This document shows, one piece after another, positions 60,626-64,000 of a stretch of 64,000 nucleotides of DNA (positions are counted from its first letter, which is position 1; the number at the start of each line of letters is the position of its first letter). The translations under genes were made by a program, and so were the position numbers. Source of the DNA: Lama guanicoe (lineage: Eukaryota); assembly GCA_013239625.1 (NCBI GenBank), contig MU053594.1, positions 1,740,127 to 1,804,126 of the forward strand, in the 5' to 3' direction. A model generated the notes under the pieces. The model saw only the letters and a program-made list of their open reading frames with translations, did no database searches and was not told the DNA's origin.

Positions 60626-62044
60626 TAATTTTACCTTTTAAAAAGATCGCTCTGGCTGTACATGGTGAATGGACAGAGCAGGCAGAAGGTGGGCAAGAAG
60701 AGAAACAAAGCTAGTCAGGAGGCAACTGAAGTAGCCCAGGCAAGACTGCTGGCTTGACCTAGGTTGGTGACAGGAAAGATGGTGTGAAGTGACAATTCAG
60801 GCTTTGTTTTAAGGCGAGAAAGAGCTGATGGACTGGTTGTGATGTAAGACAAAAAGAAATATCTAGAATGACTGCTAGACTTTGGCTTGAGCAACTACAT
60901 TTAATTGAGTTAGGGAAGAACAGGAGAGAGGGAGATTTTGAGGGGAAAGGAAATCAAGAGAGATATGAGGCAAAAAAGAGCAACCTCCGGCAATGTTAAA
61001 TTTGGGATGACTATTAAACATCCAAGTGGATGTGTCAGTTACACAACTGGAAATACGAGTCCGCAGCTCAGGAAAAGAGGTCTGATCTGAGTTCACCTTG
61101 GGAAAGCGCATAGACAGATTTAATAAAGCCAAGACTGAGTCCGGAGTTCAGACCTTTACAGTCAGAGATCAGTAAGAGGGGAAGGAGCTGGCAGAGGAGA
61201 CTCCGAAGGCAGAGCTGGTGAGGTGGAAGAAAGCAAGGTGAGGAGGACATCTAGGAAGCCAAAGGGAAATGACTTATGGAAGAAAGGAAGGGTCAATTAA
61301 GTTGAATGCTAAGTAAGAGTTCAAGTAAGTGGAGGACAAAGAACTAAAAACTGGACTTGGAAAAATGAAGGTCTTTGGTGATTTTGATAACAGTGACTTC
61401 AGTTAAATAGTTGGAATAAAAGCCCAATTAATGTGGGTTAAGAGAGATTGGATACTAAGGAACTAGTGCACAATTACAGACAACTCTTTCAAGTCGTTTT
61501 GTGTGTGTGTGTGAAAAGGAAGAGAGAACCCATGAGGTAAGTGGACAAATCAACTGCAATTTTTTAAATGTACTACTTTAGAATTATCCTTATTCTGATT
61601 TCTCATCAATTTGGCTAGATCTCCTTCTAAGAAACATACATTAGAGAAATATTACTATGCTTGTGATCTAGTATTTCATATGGAACTGGAAATCCTTTAT
61701 TTTGAAAGGTCTGTCTGTTTAAAGGGTGATTCTCCTAACCAACCCAAGAATACTAGGTAAGCAAAATCCCCTTTGACACTAGAAAACTATTCTGAGTTAC
61801 TTAACTTCCCTGGGGTTTAGCTACTCAATTGTAAAGTAACAGGATTGGTTAAAATACTCACTTAAGTCATTTCAGTTCAGACAATCCATAAACATCGCCC
61901 CCCAACCATGACAGCATACTGTCCTTGCAAAACAATATAAAATGAACAACTCAAGGAACCCAGCTGTTATTAACAAACTTCCTAGAAGCTTCATTAACTT
62001 AGAAAGTCTAACAAACTACAAAAGATAAAATAAACGCAAATTGA

Positions 62045-63120
62045 AAATTCATTCATTCAATAAACATTTACTTAGAGCTCAGTGTCTAGGCACTAAAGAT
62101 ACAACAATAAATAAAAACAGTCAAAAATCCAATTCATTTTTTTTTTCTAAAAAAGGCAAAGCTGAATGACAGTGTCTAGGGATGCAATTTGAGTAATAAA
62201 ACCATGATGAAATGTAAGGAAATGATTGTTATAAAAATCAGAATAAAGTTGTTCCCGGGACAGGACACAAGGAAGAGGCTTCTGGGGCGGGTGGCAAAGT
62301 TTCTTGACCTGGGTGGAACTACTGTTATAATAATTCATTGTGCCATAGATTTGATTCTTGTGATTTTCTGTACCTGTGCTTTCATCCTAATGAGGGGAGA
62401 CAAGGAATATACAAGGAATATACAAAACAATAAATAGATGATAAAGTATATTAGAAGAAACTAAGTGCTACTGAGACAATTAAGACGGGGGAGAGGGATA
62501 AGCAATGTTGGGAAAGACACTGTCATTTTGAGTAAGTGGTGAGAGGCGGCGTCATTGAGAAGGTAACATTTAAGATGTGAAGGAAATGAGAAAACAAGCC
62601 AAGTACATAACTCGAAACAGAGTTTCAGGGGGAAGGAAGAGTAAGAGTAAAGCCCTGAGGCCTGGGGTGTCGCTGGTGAGTTTGAGATTTTCAAGGAAGC
62701 CAGTGTGAACGAGGGAAAGAATCACTGAAGACGAGGCGGCCAGACCATGTAGAGTCTGTAGGCCACTGTAAGAACTCAGACATTTAGTCTAAGGAAGATG
62801 AGGAGACAATGAAGGGTTACAAGCAGGGAAATGTCTTGACTTGACTTAATATTTTAACAGGATCACAGGGGCTGCTGTGTTGAGAATAGACACAAGGGGG
62901 ACCAGTTAGGAGACTGCTTCTGGAATCAAGGATGATGACCAAATATGGGGCTTGAACAAACAGAAGAACAGAAATGCCATTAATTCAGATGGGCAAGGGT
63001 ACCAGAGGGAGAGATGTAGGGGAGCTCAGGAACTCAGGGTTATAACATGCGATGCTTCAAAATGCCGAGCAGATATGGAAGTGAAGACTTCGAATAGGCA
63101 CGTGGATACATAAATCTGGG
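62045..63120 (-). mobile_element. LINE-2 fragments (with a small L1 piece ~62140-62380)
   Basis: 'attcattcattcaataaacatttact...ctaggcact', 'gtaggccactgtaagaactcagacatttagtct'. Confidence 0.7.
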
Positions 63121-63279
63121 CATACTAATGGTTTATATGTTTTAATAGTTTATATGTTTTAATGTTCTCTTCAAGTCTTGAGAATCTCATCAACTTCTCC
63201 CTCGTATGCAATAGTGAGACAGGCTCACAATAAACCATCTAAGCAGACACTGTAATACTGAAAGGACTGCTGTACTTGC

Positions 63280-63424
63280 CAGTGACTGTGGAGACTGAGG
63301 GCTGCAGCCAGGGAGTAGTCCATCGCAGAGCAAGGATTCAAATAAGCAGCTGGAAGCAGGCCCAGGAGCAAAACACTGACCACCCTCTCACTAGTCCAGT
63401 GGAGAGACGCAGCCTTGGAACCAG
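63280..63424 (-). CDS. SDHD: SDHD exon 3 (145 nt)
   Basis: [47 protein letters not shown](W); acceptor ctctccacag; GC-type donor TG|GCAAGT. Confidence 0.98.
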
Positions 63425-64000
63425 CTGTGGAGAGGAAGGACCAGATTTGTAACAGCTGCAGGGGAAAACACACAGCTCAATATTTGCCACAAAATAAACC
63501 AAACAGATAGAGTGGCAAACAGAATGCATTTAAGACTTAACTCTGAACATAAAGAGGGTAAGTTAAAGAAAGTGAGAGAGATGCTATCTCCTTTCTTTGA
63601 AGTCTTTCAGCACAGGGTGTCTCAACACCTACATATACTGCGTAGAAGACAGGTCCACTTTGCTTACAGGCAAGAAATGGACAAAATATCTCTGCAGAAT
63701 TACCAATCTTGGATTTCAGTATAATGGACCTTATGAATATAAGTTGGTGACACCTGAGGAATTCCTTTAAAACATTACTCTTTTATATACACCTAATTAT
63801 TTGTAAGTTAAGTAATATTAAAAACCTTCCCAAAACAAAATAAAACCAGTCAACTCAAAGAGAAGCAAAGTTCTAATGTCAACTTTTAGGATCATGGTTC
63901 TTCTTTGGTCCTGTTACTTATAAACAGCCTCCAAAAGATATGGAACATAAAAACTTCTTTTAAACTCGGGAAAAATAAAATGGTCTTTAAATATCTCTTC

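Noticed and set aside
58626..63424. SDHD processed pseudogene
   Set aside because: An intron is present, frames are intact and the position is syntenic with IL18, so this is the real gene

Overview
Mammalian genomic DNA, most likely camelid (inferred from six copies of a short tRNA-Ala-like SINE resembling the Tylopoda vic-1 family). It spans the conserved BCO2-TEX12-IL18-SDHD block. Present are BCO2 coding exons 1-2 (minus strand, gene continues off the left edge), a complete TEX12 (minus, 122 aa, CpG-island promoter), a complete IL18 (plus, non-coding exon 1 plus 5 coding exons including a 12-nt microexon, 193 aa) and SDHD exons 3-4 with 3'UTR (minus, gene continues off the right edge). All exon boundaries were checked for splice dinucleotides and reading phase. 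The rest is L1, L2, MIR, LTR/ERV and hAT debris. No wholly new gene system is evident. The best leads are: (i) V51/R53 substitutions in the IL-18 surface bound by IL-18BP; (ii) plus-strand splice sites linking the TEX12 CpG island to an acceptor at IL18 exon 1; (iii) a near-perfect 563-bp tandem duplication of an ERV LTR plus tRNA-Leu primer-binding site; (iv) a young L1 insertion with an apparent 3' transduction; (v) a kB/IRF/AP-1 motif cluster downstream of IL18. Gene and repeat names come from recognition and recall, not database searches, and repeat boundaries are approximate.
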